Origin: Dehalococcoidia bacterium
Lineage (GTDB): Bacteria > Chloroflexota > Dehalococcoidia > Lucifugimonadales > UBA3495
DNA length: 64,000 nt
Direction of reading: 5' to 3'
Assembly (NCBI GenBank): GCA_965237745.1
Contig: CBDEGL010000003.1
Location: 13,470-77,469 of the forward strand
Position 1 is the first letter of the stretch; each line of letters opens with the position of its first letter. Below the pieces are notes generated by a model. That model saw nothing but the letters and a program-made list of their open reading frames with translations, had not been told where the DNA came from and made no database searches. Positions 19,895-28,786 of this stretch are shown here, one piece after another. The position numbers were made by a program, and so were the translations under genes.

Positions 19895-21033
19895 CAAGCC
19901 TCACTCTCCCTGCGGCGGCGGTCGGCGCAGTCCGGGCACCGTTCCTCCCCGTTGAACGTGGTGTAGGGGCTGCTGCAGTCCGGGCAGTACTCCACCTCCC
20001 TGCGGCCTGATTCCGTTAGTCTTTCCTCGTGGGGGGGTGGTCTTTCCAGTCCCTGTGCGGCCCCGGCTCCGGAGGAACCGGGTTCTTGCCCTGCCCTGAT
20101 CACGCTTATTTGGCGGAGCAGTTCCTGTTCGTTTTCGTAGTTGATGGAGAAATGGTGGATGGCGCTGAGCACGCCCCCTCTGAAGCTGCGGTCGTAGTAG
20201 CCCCGGTGCTCCGTGACCAGCGCCTCCACCCGGCCGCGGCGGGCCAGGTATTCCTGTCCCTCGTCCGACCCACTGGTCACTACAGAGTGACCGGTGGGCT
20301 CCTGAGTCGCTGATGAAGGTTTTGAATCCGGTGCTTCGTGGCTGTGAGGGTTTTCGTCCGGGGGGGTCTCAGCAGAGCCATCGGTCACTTCTGAGTGACC
20401 GATGGCTCCATGAGGCTCTGTAGAAGTGCTGTAATCGGCGTTTTCATAGCTGTGAGAGGTGGGTTCAGGTGGCTCAGCGACTTGGCCATCGGTCACTCCA
20501 GAGTGACCGATGGCCAAGTCGCTCTTGAGCCGTGCGATCTCTGCCCTGAGTTCTTCGTTCTCCCGGCGGGCCCGCGCCAGTGCTATCCAGGGGTCAGTGC
20601 CGGGTCTCTCCGTGGGCAGCGGCCTCCAGTTGCGCTGCTCGCCCAGGAAAATATAGGTATTGCTCTTTCGATCCTTGCCGCCCTTTCCCGGCCTCTTCTC
20701 TAGGACGCCCATGGATTCCATGAGGCGGATGTGATGCTCAGCTGTGTTCTTGCTTCCCAGGCCGGTGATCTGGCAGATGAAGGGAATCGCCATTGAGACC
20801 ACGCCCTTGGCGTTGGCGTAGCGGCTCATCCGGTCGCCAACGAATCTGATGGACATGGGCAAGTGACACAGCGACGCCTCTACGAACTGCACGACGTGCG
20901 GCAACCCTAAGGGAATCGTCGGATGGACATAGGGTTCTGTGGCGGCGACAGGGGTGTCGGCAGCGCCGTTGCCGTAGTTGGCCGGTGAGTCGGCTGAAGG
21001 GTCTGGGTAGGAGGAGTTGTGATCCTGCATCAC
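19894..21033 (-). CDS. Putative replication initiator (N-terminal winged helix, repeat linker, C-terminal Zn ribbon)
   Basis: RYANAKG...ICQITGLGSKNTAEHHIRLMESMGVLEK...SNTY; three GHSxVT repeats; CPDC...CPDC; upstream of dnaB. Confidence 0.7.
   Translation of the reverse strand: MMQDHNSSYPDPSADSPANYGNGAADTPVAATEPYVHPTIPLGLPHVVQFVEASLCHLPMSIRFVGDRMSRYANAKGVVSMAIPFICQITGLGSKNTAEHHIRLMESMGVLEKRPGKGGKDRKSNTYIFLGEQRNWRPLPTERPGTDPWIALARARRENEELRAEIARLKSDLAIGHSGVTDGQVAEPPEPTSHSYENADYSTSTEPHGAIGHSEVTDGSAETPPDENPHSHEAPDSKPSSATQEPTGHSVVTSGSDEGQEYLARRGRVEALVTEHRGYYDRSFRGGVLSAIHHFSINYENEQELLRQISVIRAGQEPGSSGAGAAQGLERPPPHEERLTESGRREVEYCPDCSSPYTTFNGEERCPDCADRRRRESEA
20269..20523. repeat. Three iteron-like palindromes GGTCACT-N4-AGTGACC at exactly 108-bp spacing inside the initiator gene
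   Basis: 20269-20298, 20375-20408 and 20476-20523 (the last with perfect 22-bp arms). Confidence 0.85.
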
Positions 21034-21313
21034 TCGCCCCCTATGCCGTGGACCCGTGGGTTACGTAGAGGTGCTGCAGGTTTCCGGAACTGCTGGGGAC
21101 TATGGCCGTCCCTGCGCGCCAGGAGGGGATGGGAGAGGCGTCTGCTGAAAAGGGGGTGTCCGGAAGCGGTGTATGCTGGCGGCTTCAGGTCATCGTAACC
21201 GTCGGTCGGCGCGTCTCCGGGCGACTCGTATACGTCCGCCACGTGGACGTATACCGGCGAAATGAACGGCTGGGAAACTGGATTTAGAGGGGGGTGTGTG
21301 CTATATTGAACAC

Positions 21314-21423
21314 GCATAGTGACGCCTGCTCCGTGCGGCTTAACTGTGCATTGCCTTCCTTGGGTGAGGGGGCTTTGGTAACCGCCGCCAGATGGGGTTG
21401 TTGACCATCTGGTGGCTCTTTTT
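21314..21423 (+). ncRNA. Candidate small antisense RNA in the rep leader
   Basis: TGCTATATT extended -10 at about 21299-21307; terminator GCCGCCAGATGG...CCATCTGGTGGC-TCTTTTT. Confidence 0.35.
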
Positions 21424-21729
21424 ATGTGTTATGTGGCACTCAAAAGTACTCTCTCTGGTCAGATTTAATTTGGCGAGGCGGTTGCCCTTAACGTGTTATA
21501 GGCAATGCCCGCCTGAAATCCTTCCTCTACGCGCCCCTGCCAGACTTGGGCGAGGCGAAGGCTAGTCTTGTAGTGAGTCTCTGCGTTGGCGTCTTGGAAC
21601 CGCTGCATATACTAAGATTCGAAGGTTTGGTTGCCCTCAATTTCACCGTGGTGAAGGACGTACTCCTGAAGGATGGCTTCTTCTTCACCGGTCATGGATA
21701 GCTCTTCGTGTAGAGCAGTTGAGAATCTT

Positions 21730-22104
21730 CTACGCCTCTACGACCTGAGCTATGCGAGCTTGTCGGACTCTCTTAGCATCCTCTTCGGTGATAGCTAACA
21801 TATGCTGCTTGGAGCCGTTGAAGCGGGCCTTCTTTGTTTGGATGCCCATCGCCAGTACAGCTTTACGCATGGTGGAGGAGGTGATGCCGAAGGACGCAGC
21901 CAGCGTCTTAACCGCCACCAACTGCACGGTCGAAGGGAGGCATTCCGAGCAGGCGGTTCCGTCCCCTGAGTCCGAAAGATTGGCTAGGTCCGACTCAGAT
22001 ACGAGGTTATTGCTGCCGACAGGGTAGTCCTCGCCACAGCGGGTGATGATGCGGGCTGTGCCGGTAACCGGGTCAGTATAGCCACTGAATGGAGCGTGCA
22101 GCAT
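21730..22104 (-). CDS. Hypothetical HTH-containing protein
   Basis: VAVKTLAASFGITSSTMRKAVLAMGI. Confidence 0.5.
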   Translation of the reverse strand: MLHAPFSGYTDPVTGTARIITRCGEDYPVGSNNLVSESDLANLSDSGDGTACSECLPSTVQLVAVKTLAASFGITSSTMRKAVLAMGIQTKKARFNGSKQHMLAITEEDAKRVRQARIAQVVEA

Positions 22105-22397
22105 GATCAGCCTCAAGTGTCACGGCTGGGGTGACCATAGCATAGCGTGTCATGGCATTGCAATGTCTGTGTAGCCCAGTTGTTGATGTCTTTTTGATCA
22201 GGCTCTTGGCCGATGTGGGAGGCAGTGTACGAGGAAGGAAAAATACGGCGTAGAGCAGTCTGGACACGGCCAGCGAACCAGTGCTGTCATAGGCATTGCC
22301 GCGAAGGCCCTTTATGCGGCGGTGGCACCTGTCTATCCGGCGCTGGCCTTCCCACCAGCCTCTGGAGAGAACGCTCGCTGCGAGACCAGGAGACGAA

Positions 22398-22635
22398 TTG
22401 ACCCGACTGGTTGTCGATGCCTCGGTGGCAGTAGAGTATCTCCTGAGGACTCCCTTGGGCATTACGGTGGCCAACACCTTGGACAGCGCATCTTTGGTTA
22501 CGTCCGAGCTGATGGATGCCGAGGTTCTGTCGGTGCTGCGGCGGGCGGTGTTGAGCGGGGTCCTCGAAGAGGCACGAGCTGGGATGGCGGTGGAGGATCT
22601 GGCCCATTGGCCGGCGGAGCGCATCTCCCACCAAT
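22398..22635 (+). pseudogene. Truncated PIN-domain (VapC-like) toxin
   Basis: GGAG + TTG; LVVDASVAVEYLL...DAEVLSVLRR; similarity lost after ERISH. Confidence 0.75.
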
Positions 22636-23417
22636 CCTCTAGCTCTGGAAGTCCATCATTGCCAGTACGAAGCCAACTGAGTTCTGTTGCGCCTGGACGA
22701 GACCGGCAAACAGCAGGCGAAGCAGACGCACCCGCCCACGGGAACAGGCTGTTTTCAACCGGTGTCTCCACCCGCCGCGGTCCCGCCCGGCTGATACCCG
22801 CACACCGGCTCAACCTGGACCTCATTGGGCGCATGTCCAACCTGCGTCAATCCCACCGCCATATCCGCGGCCAGGTACTTGCGCACCGTCACCCGCGACA
22901 GCCCCGTCCCTTCCCCTACCTGCCGCTGACTGTCTCTTGCTTGCCCCGGGTGCTGGAAGCGATCGCGGTCCACCTCTGCATCCCGTCGAGTGAGCTGTAT
23001 GCATACGGTGGCAGACCGTCGATCCGGGATCTTCAACAGGCTACCATGGCGTACCCGGCTTATGCATACATCTGGGGGCAGGCCCTGCTGCGGGGCATCG
23101 TCAGCGCAGAGATCCTGGCGTTCATCGATGCCCGCGGCGCTCGAAGTCAGGATCCTTGCACTTCGGTCCAGGAAATGTAAGGTTTTGACTGAAATCTCAC
23201 ATTGGCGCCGGCCGGTGGCCAGCGGCGTCATTGCCCTTCCCTCAAACTTTTCGAATAGCGAGCGAAAATCGGGTTGGCTTCAACCAAGCGCGGTTCTGCC
23301 CGCTAAACAACCGTCAAGCAAATTCCCTGTGGGAAACTGCAAGTCGTCGTGCTCACGCTGTACGTACGCTGTAGGTACTTGTTAGCAGCGACGAGGCGAG
23401 CATCGACCTTGCAGCCC

Positions 23418-23627
23418 TCACCGCCGCTCGCGGACATATTTTTCCAGGGCGTCGACGACCAGCGCGGTCATGTTGGTGTGTCCTTCCACAGCCATCACCT
23501 TCAGCTGATGGTGGAGGTCGCTCGGAATGAAGCAATGCAGGCGCGCGGTGTCCACCGCCGCTGCCTGGTCCACGAATGCGTCCCGCTCCACCTGATTACC
23601 GCGGTTGGGATTGCTTCTAATCGTCAT
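23418..23627 (-). CDS. Ribbon-helix-helix partition protein (ParG-like), copy A
   Basis: ARLHCFIPSDLHHQLKVMA...MTALVVDALEKY; overlaps the parA stop. Confidence 0.8.
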   Translation of the reverse strand: MTIRSNPNRGNQVERDAFVDQAAAVDTARLHCFIPSDLHHQLKVMAVEGHTNMTALVVDALEKYVRERR

Positions 23628-24255
23628 GGGTCAACCCCTCCAGTTCACCGATAATCTCGAGGATCTCGTTACGAGCCGTCTGGTCGCGGCCATCGACCAC
23701 CGAGTTCCCATCATTGATCGCGTTGGGGTAGGCGACGCGCTGGGTGGTACGGGCCTGCAGCACCGGGATTCCCAACTCGGTCAGCGCGACTTCGATCTGT
23801 CGGCCGAGGCGAGTGCGCGGCTGTGCCATGGTGATGACGAAAGCCGCCCTGGGAATCCCGTTGGTGGTTTTCTGACGAGCTCGTACTGCTGCCACGATGT
23901 CCGAGGCCGCCCAAACGTCCAACGGACTCGGCTTAACCGGTATCAGCACCAGGTCTGCAGCGCGCACGGCGTCGGCACTGGTCTTGGTGATCCCCGGGGG
24001 ACCATCGATGATGATCCAGTCATAGGCACGTTCCAGCGATCTGACCTGTTGGAGAAGGCCGGCCTTCCCCATTCCTTGGATGGCCAGGGACTCGGGCGAG
24101 GCCCAATCGCCGGCTGCCCAGTTTTGGGAGCTGGCTTGCGGATCGGCGTCAAGCAGCAGGACGTCCCCATTTTCCGCCAGCACTGATGCCAGGTTGGTGG
24201 CCAAGGTGGTCTTGCCAGTACCTCCCTTCTGATTCACGATCGCAACAACCGGCAT
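23617..24255 (-). CDS. parA: Short type-Ib ParA ATPase, copy A
   Basis: NQKGGTGKTT, LLLDADPQ, IIIDGPP; 212 aa. Confidence 0.93.
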   Translation of the reverse strand: MPVVAIVNQKGGTGKTTLATNLASVLAENGDVLLLDADPQASSQNWAAGDWASPESLAIQGMGKAGLLQQVRSLERAYDWIIIDGPPGITKTSADAVRAADLVLIPVKPSPLDVWAASDIVAAVRARQKTTNGIPRAAFVITMAQPRTRLGRQIEVALTELGIPVLQARTTQRVAYPNAINDGNSVVDGRDQTARNEILEIIGELEGLTHDD

Positions 24256-24950
24256 GGTGCAACTCCGGAGTGCTAGATATGATGGCTATTTGTGCAAAGG
24301 GCCATTTGCACATCTGTGTACCAATGATACCCGGGTTGCCGTCTCCGAATAAAGCGCACGCCGCGCAGGTTGGGAAAGTTTCGACGTCTGGCACCCGGGA
24401 TCGGTCGAAGAGCACTGTTGATCATCTGGATGCGACTCCCTCGGGATATGCGGGTGAATCCGAACTTCTTGGTGCTGCACAAGAAGGTGGTCTTGCCAGT
24501 ACTTCCCTTCTGATTCAGGACTGCAACAACCGGCGTGGTGCAACTCCGGAGTGCTAGATATGATGGCTATTTGTGCAAAGGGCCATTTGCACATCTGTGT
24601 ACCAATGATACCCGGGTTGCCGTCTCCGAATAAAGCGCACGCCGCGCAGGTTGGGAAAGTTTCGACGTCTGGCACCCGGGATCGGTCGAAGAGCACTGTT
24701 GATCATCTGGATGCGACTCCCTCGGGATATGCGGGTGAATCCGAACTTCTTGGTGCTGCACAAGAAGGTGGTCTTGCCAGTACTTCCCTTCTGATTCAGG
24801 ACTGCAACAACCGGCGTGGTGCAACTCCGGAGTGCTAGATATGATGGCTATTTGTGCAAAGGGCCATTTGCACATCTGTGTACCAATGATACCCGGGTTG
24901 CCGTCTCCGAATAAAGCGCACGCCGCGCAGGTTGGGAAAGTTTCGACGTC
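24203..24950. repeat. 281-bp tandem repeat (about 2.7 copies) covering the parA start and upstream region
   Basis: Units start at 24203, 24484 and 24765. Confidence 0.95.
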
Positions 24951-24977
24951 CGGTGCCCGGGTCAAGGTCCCTTGGCA

Positions 24978-25328
24978 TCACCGAGTGGCGCACCTGCTGC
25001 AATAAACGTCATTCTGGGCCGGGTGTCCGCACTTCCGGCAGATGCGGCTGTAGAGCGTGGAGCTGCAGATCTCCATCGCTCCGTCGCCCTCAGACCGCCA
25101 GTAGACGCGCGTCCCATCGGGGCAGGTCAGGAAGGCGCGGAGCAGGGCGTTTCCGGCGTACTCCTCGTTGAGGCTGGCACCGCACCAGGAGCACACGGAG
25201 ATCGACCTGTGGATGTCCAGGTAGGCCGCCAGCGGAGGCTGGAGCGTCCAGTCGTGGGCCAGCTCCACCTCGGTGAAGACACTGGATTTCACGCAGTCGG
25301 GGACCTCGTCGGGAGTGTGGAGGGTCAT
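24978..25328 (-). CDS. Cys-rich hypothetical protein (Zn-binding)
   Basis: GAGGT RBS; CSWC, CRKC, CSRC. Confidence 0.55.
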   Translation of the reverse strand: MTLHTPDEVPDCVKSSVFTEVELAHDWTLQPPLAAYLDIHRSISVCSWCGASLNEEYAGNALLRAFLTCPDGTRVYWRSEGDGAMEICSSTLYSRICRKCGHPAQNDVYCSRCATR

Positions 25329-25851
25329 GATTGCACCTCGCTACGCCATGTTCCAGCTTTAGGGGGATCCTTCCTATTCCACCAGTTGTGGCCGCTCAGT
25401 TCCTTCTTCTGAATTCGCACACCGCCCTTGACCAGCACCCCCCTGACGGACCTCCACCCTTCTCAATCCCCCCACCCGGCAGGCTGTAGCGCTGGGCCCC
25501 GTTCTCTGACGAAGAGGAACCTTCGGTCCTGTTCTGCTATGACAGTGGCGGGTAGCCGCTTCCGATTGGGATTGGCTTGGGTTGGCCTCTCCGAGTACAG
25601 CAGCAGCATCGACTCGGGAAATTCTTACGGCCCATTGTAAATTGTAAACCGAGACGATTTCGCCGCGGTTCTCTGGTCTCATCACGCCAAGTGAATTGAA
25701 ATTGGTCAGGCTGGTCGTGGTCGTGGTCGTGGAACTCCACAACCACCAGGGTCGAGCGGGCCAACCGGTCTTCCTGAACAAACCTATAGTAACTGTTCGG
25801 GCGAATTGATGGGCTGATGGACACCAGTCCATCAGTACCCATGAACACGAA

Positions 25852-26061
25852 TTACGGCCGTGCCGCAAAATGTCCCTCGATGGCGGCAACCACCAGGTTC
25901 GTAATCGTGGTCCTCTCCTCCGCTGCCAGAACCCGCAGCCGACGGTGAAGGTCCGCCGGTATCAGGCAGTGGAGCTGCTCGGTGTCCACCGCCGCGGCCT
26001 GCTCCACGAAGGCAGCAGTGCGCTCTTCCTGACGCCGCTTGGGCCTACTGCTAAGGGTCAT
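25852..26061 (-). CDS. Ribbon-helix-helix partition protein (ParG-like), copy B
   Basis: AFVEQAAAVDTEQLHCLIPADLHRRL, paralogue of 23418-23627. Confidence 0.8.
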   Translation of the reverse strand: MTLSSRPKRRQEERTAAFVEQAAAVDTEQLHCLIPADLHRRLRVLAAEERTTITNLVVAAIEGHFAARP

Positions 26062-26689
26062 TTATCAACCTCTCCACCTCATCGCGCAGGGCGAGGATTT
26101 CGGTGCGGGCGGTCCTGTCCCTTCCTTCCAGCACCGACTTCCCCTCTATGACCGCCTGGGGATAGGCAACCCGGTCAGTGGTGCGGGCCTGCAGCACTGG
26201 CAGCCCATACTCGTCCAGCGCGGCATCGATCTGCTGGCTCAGACGGGAGCGGCGTTTGGACATGGTGATGACGAAGGCTGCCTGGGGTAGCCCGGCGGCA
26301 GCTTCCTGGCGCGCCTTCACCGCATCCACGATATCCGACACGGCCCACACGTCCCAGGGGCCGGGTTTTACCGGTATCAGCACCAGGTCGGCGGCGCGGA
26401 CGGCGTCGGCGGTGGTCCGGGCAATGCCCGGCGGACCGTCGATGATCACCCAGTGATAATCGGGTGCCCGGAGCCGCACGTCCTGGAGCAGTCGTCCTGG
26501 TTCTACACCCCTCACCTCAAGGCCCAGGAGAGGTTGGGCCCGGCTATCGGCCCAGTCCAGGGCGCTGCCCTGGCCATCGGCGTCGAGCAACAGCACTTGG
26601 AATCGATCCGCAAATGCGCAAGCCAGGTTGGTGGAGATGGTGGTTTTGCCAGTACCCCCTTTCTGGTTGACGACGGCGATGACCGGCAT
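26051..26689 (-). CDS. parA: Short type-Ib ParA ATPase, copy B
   Basis: NQKGGTGKTT, IIDGPP; 212 aa. Confidence 0.93.
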   Translation of the reverse strand: MPVIAVVNQKGGTGKTTISTNLACAFADRFQVLLLDADGQGSALDWADSRAQPLLGLEVRGVEPGRLLQDVRLRAPDYHWVIIDGPPGIARTTADAVRAADLVLIPVKPGPWDVWAVSDIVDAVKARQEAAAGLPQAAFVITMSKRRSRLSQQIDAALDEYGLPVLQARTTDRVAYPQAVIEGKSVLEGRDRTARTEILALRDEVERLINDP

Positions 26690-26994
26690 ACCTCAACCTC
26701 GATGTGTACAGGAGTTCAGATATATAGAGGTACGTGATTACAACGGTACAGGACTACACAGGTGAGCATATAACGGGACCCATGATGGCGTAAAGGGGAA
26801 GGAGGGTGAGGTTAGGCGGGAGGGGGTCTGTACGTCGCAGGACACCGGGGTGTCAATGGCGGCGGCAAAACGCACCACTGGGGGGCGGAGGAATGGCGGC
26901 AAACCCTGCCGGAAAGGGACGATTATGAGCATAGCCAGAACTCTGGCAGTCGTAGTATGACGCTGCCATTCCAGAACCGGGGGCCAGCGAAAAA

Positions 26995-27211
26995 TGAGCG
27001 GGAGACTCTATTGATACGCCCGCGTGTCGCTGGCCAGCGACGTCGACGTCAACAACCTGGAGAACCAGCGCCGGGTGTTGGTCGACTGCGAGCAAGTCTT
27101 CGAGGACGTGGGGAGCGGGGCCTCTTGGAACCGGCCGGGGCTGAATCGCCTGAAGGCCGCCCTCCAGCCGGGCGACTGCGTGCAGGTTGTGGCGCTGGAC
27201 CGCCTGGCAGC
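26995..27211 (+). pseudogene. Serine recombinase N-terminal remnant
   Basis: RVS...NLENQRRVL..CEQVFEDVGSGASWNRPGL..L..AL..GD...VVALDRLA. Confidence 0.75.
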
Positions 27212-27319
27212 CCGTCCGAGAAACACGGTTTACAGGTTGCAGGGGTATGATGTGGTCAGTTCATTAGCGAGGAGCCGGTGATGAGCTAGACCTACGTTCC
27301 TTACGCTCCTGACCAGCAG

Positions 27320-27898
27320 TTGCTGCCAGCCTGCCTCTGTGACACTTCTCCCGAACAACTGGCGCGGACATTTACGCTGGCCAATGACCTCTCTGGTGGT
27401 ACACTTTTGCTCCGCCCCACTGGTATGTTTTGTCGACGCCCTTGACACCTCTTCAAGAGAGAAAGTCTCCAGCAGCCTGAGCACCTGGACATACTCACGC
27501 TTGCCCCTGCGTCCCATGCGGGCTTCCAGCAGACGGCGCAGCGTCCCGAACTCCTCGGGGAGGTCCCATCCGTGCAGCGGAGCGGCCTGATCCAGGGCTC
27601 CCGGCTTCCGTTCCAAGAGCGGCAGGTAGTGGGTGGGATGGTAGACGAAGTCGTCCCGCTCGTAGGAACGGATGTGCCGGGCGATGACCTCGGTTCCGCA
27701 GCTGATGACCACCTGGTCCACGTATCCCTTTACCCCTGTTGCCTCACCATAAATGCGCTGGCCCACTACCGCGGGCAACATCTCACCGTCATCGCCAGAT
27801 TGCCTCAGCAGTCGAATTCCATGTTTGTGATGGTACCCGGTTACCGCGATGAACTCCTGATAAGCGGTTCGTCTTGACACTTTCTTGGGTTCGTTCAA
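27320..27898. mobile_element. Mosaic of IS remnants: IS21 right end (to 27447), istA internal fragment (27448-27730), transposase N-terminal fragment
   Basis: 27320-27400 matches 42474-42555 inverted; GYVDQVVISCG...LLETFS; EFIAVTGYHHKHGIRLL. Confidence 0.75.
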
Positions 27899-27964
27899 GA
27901 ATGTGGTGCTGGTTTAATATAGTAAAGCCGAATTTCGCCAACATTGTCGGGGAGGCGTCGCAAA

Positions 27965-28768
27965 ATGACAATTTCCTCCAACGGATACACCGAAAGTACG
28001 ATTCACGTCGGCGGCACCGGCGTCGCCTTGCTTCGGGGCGGTTCGGGCCGACCGGTGCTGGTGCTGCACGAGGAGCTGGGACACCCCGGCTGGCTCTCTT
28101 GGCACGACGACCTAGCCCAGGACCATTCACTGCTGGTGCCGGTGCATCCGGGATTCGGTCCGCTCCCCCGGGCCGACTGGATTAGCAGCGTCCGCGATCT
28201 GGCCGGTTTCTATTCGCGGATGCTGCGGGAGATGGCCCTCGGGCCGGTGGGCGTAATCGGCTTCTCTCTGGGCGGGTGGATTGCCGCCGAGATGGCGGCG
28301 GCCAACTCCGGCCAGTTCCGCCGCATGGTGCTGGTGGCCCCCACTGGTCTAAGGCCGGGGGAAGGCGAGATTATGGACCTGTTCGTGGTCACAGCGCGAG
28401 CGTATCTGGACGCCAGCGTCCACGACGCCTCGGCCACGCCGGAGTTTGCATCCCTCTACGGCAGGGAAGAGACGCCGGAACAGTTCGAGGCTTGGGAGGA
28501 CGCGCGGGCCGAGTCGGCCCGTCTGGCCTGGAAGCCATATATGCACAATCCCAGCCTGCCCCCTCTGCTGGAAGGCGTGCAGGGACTGCCCACTCTGATT
28601 GTCTGGGGGCGCGACGACCGGATTGTCCCGCTCTCGGCGGGCCAAGCGTACAGCAGGGCCATCGCAGGCTCCGAACTGGCAGTGTTTGACGATTGCGGAC
28701 ACCGGCCGGAGATTGAGCAAACGGAGCAGTTCGTCAGCCGGCTCCGAGGATTCCTAGCGCAAGAGTAA
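27965..28768 (+). CDS. Alpha/beta-fold hydrolase
   Basis: GFSLGG nucleophile elbow, WGRDD, CGH. Confidence 0.9.
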   Translation: MTISSNGYTESTIHVGGTGVALLRGGSGRPVLVLHEELGHPGWLSWHDDLAQDHSLLVPVHPGFGPLPRADWISSVRDLAGFYSRMLREMALGPVGVIGFSLGGWIAAEMAAANSGQFRRMVLVAPTGLRPGEGEIMDLFVVTARAYLDASVHDASATPEFASLYGREETPEQFEAWEDARAESARLAWKPYMHNPSLPPLLEGVQGLPTLIVWGRDDRIVPLSAGQAYSRAIAGSELAVFDDCGHRPEIEQTEQFVSRLRGFLAQE

Positions 28769-28786
28769 GACGCAGGAGGCATCGCC

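Noticed and set aside
21030-21317. 95-aa ORF upstream of the initiator
   Set aside because: Pro/Ser-rich with no motif and overlaps the putative antisense promoter; a leader peptide cannot be excluded but is unsupported.
22296-23180. 294-aa PIN fusion protein
   Set aside because: PIN similarity stops near 22635; the rest is read-through into unrelated remnant DNA.
24203-24950. Possible CRISPR or guide array
   Set aside because: Units are 281 bp with no unique spacers and no cas genes; it is a tandem duplication.
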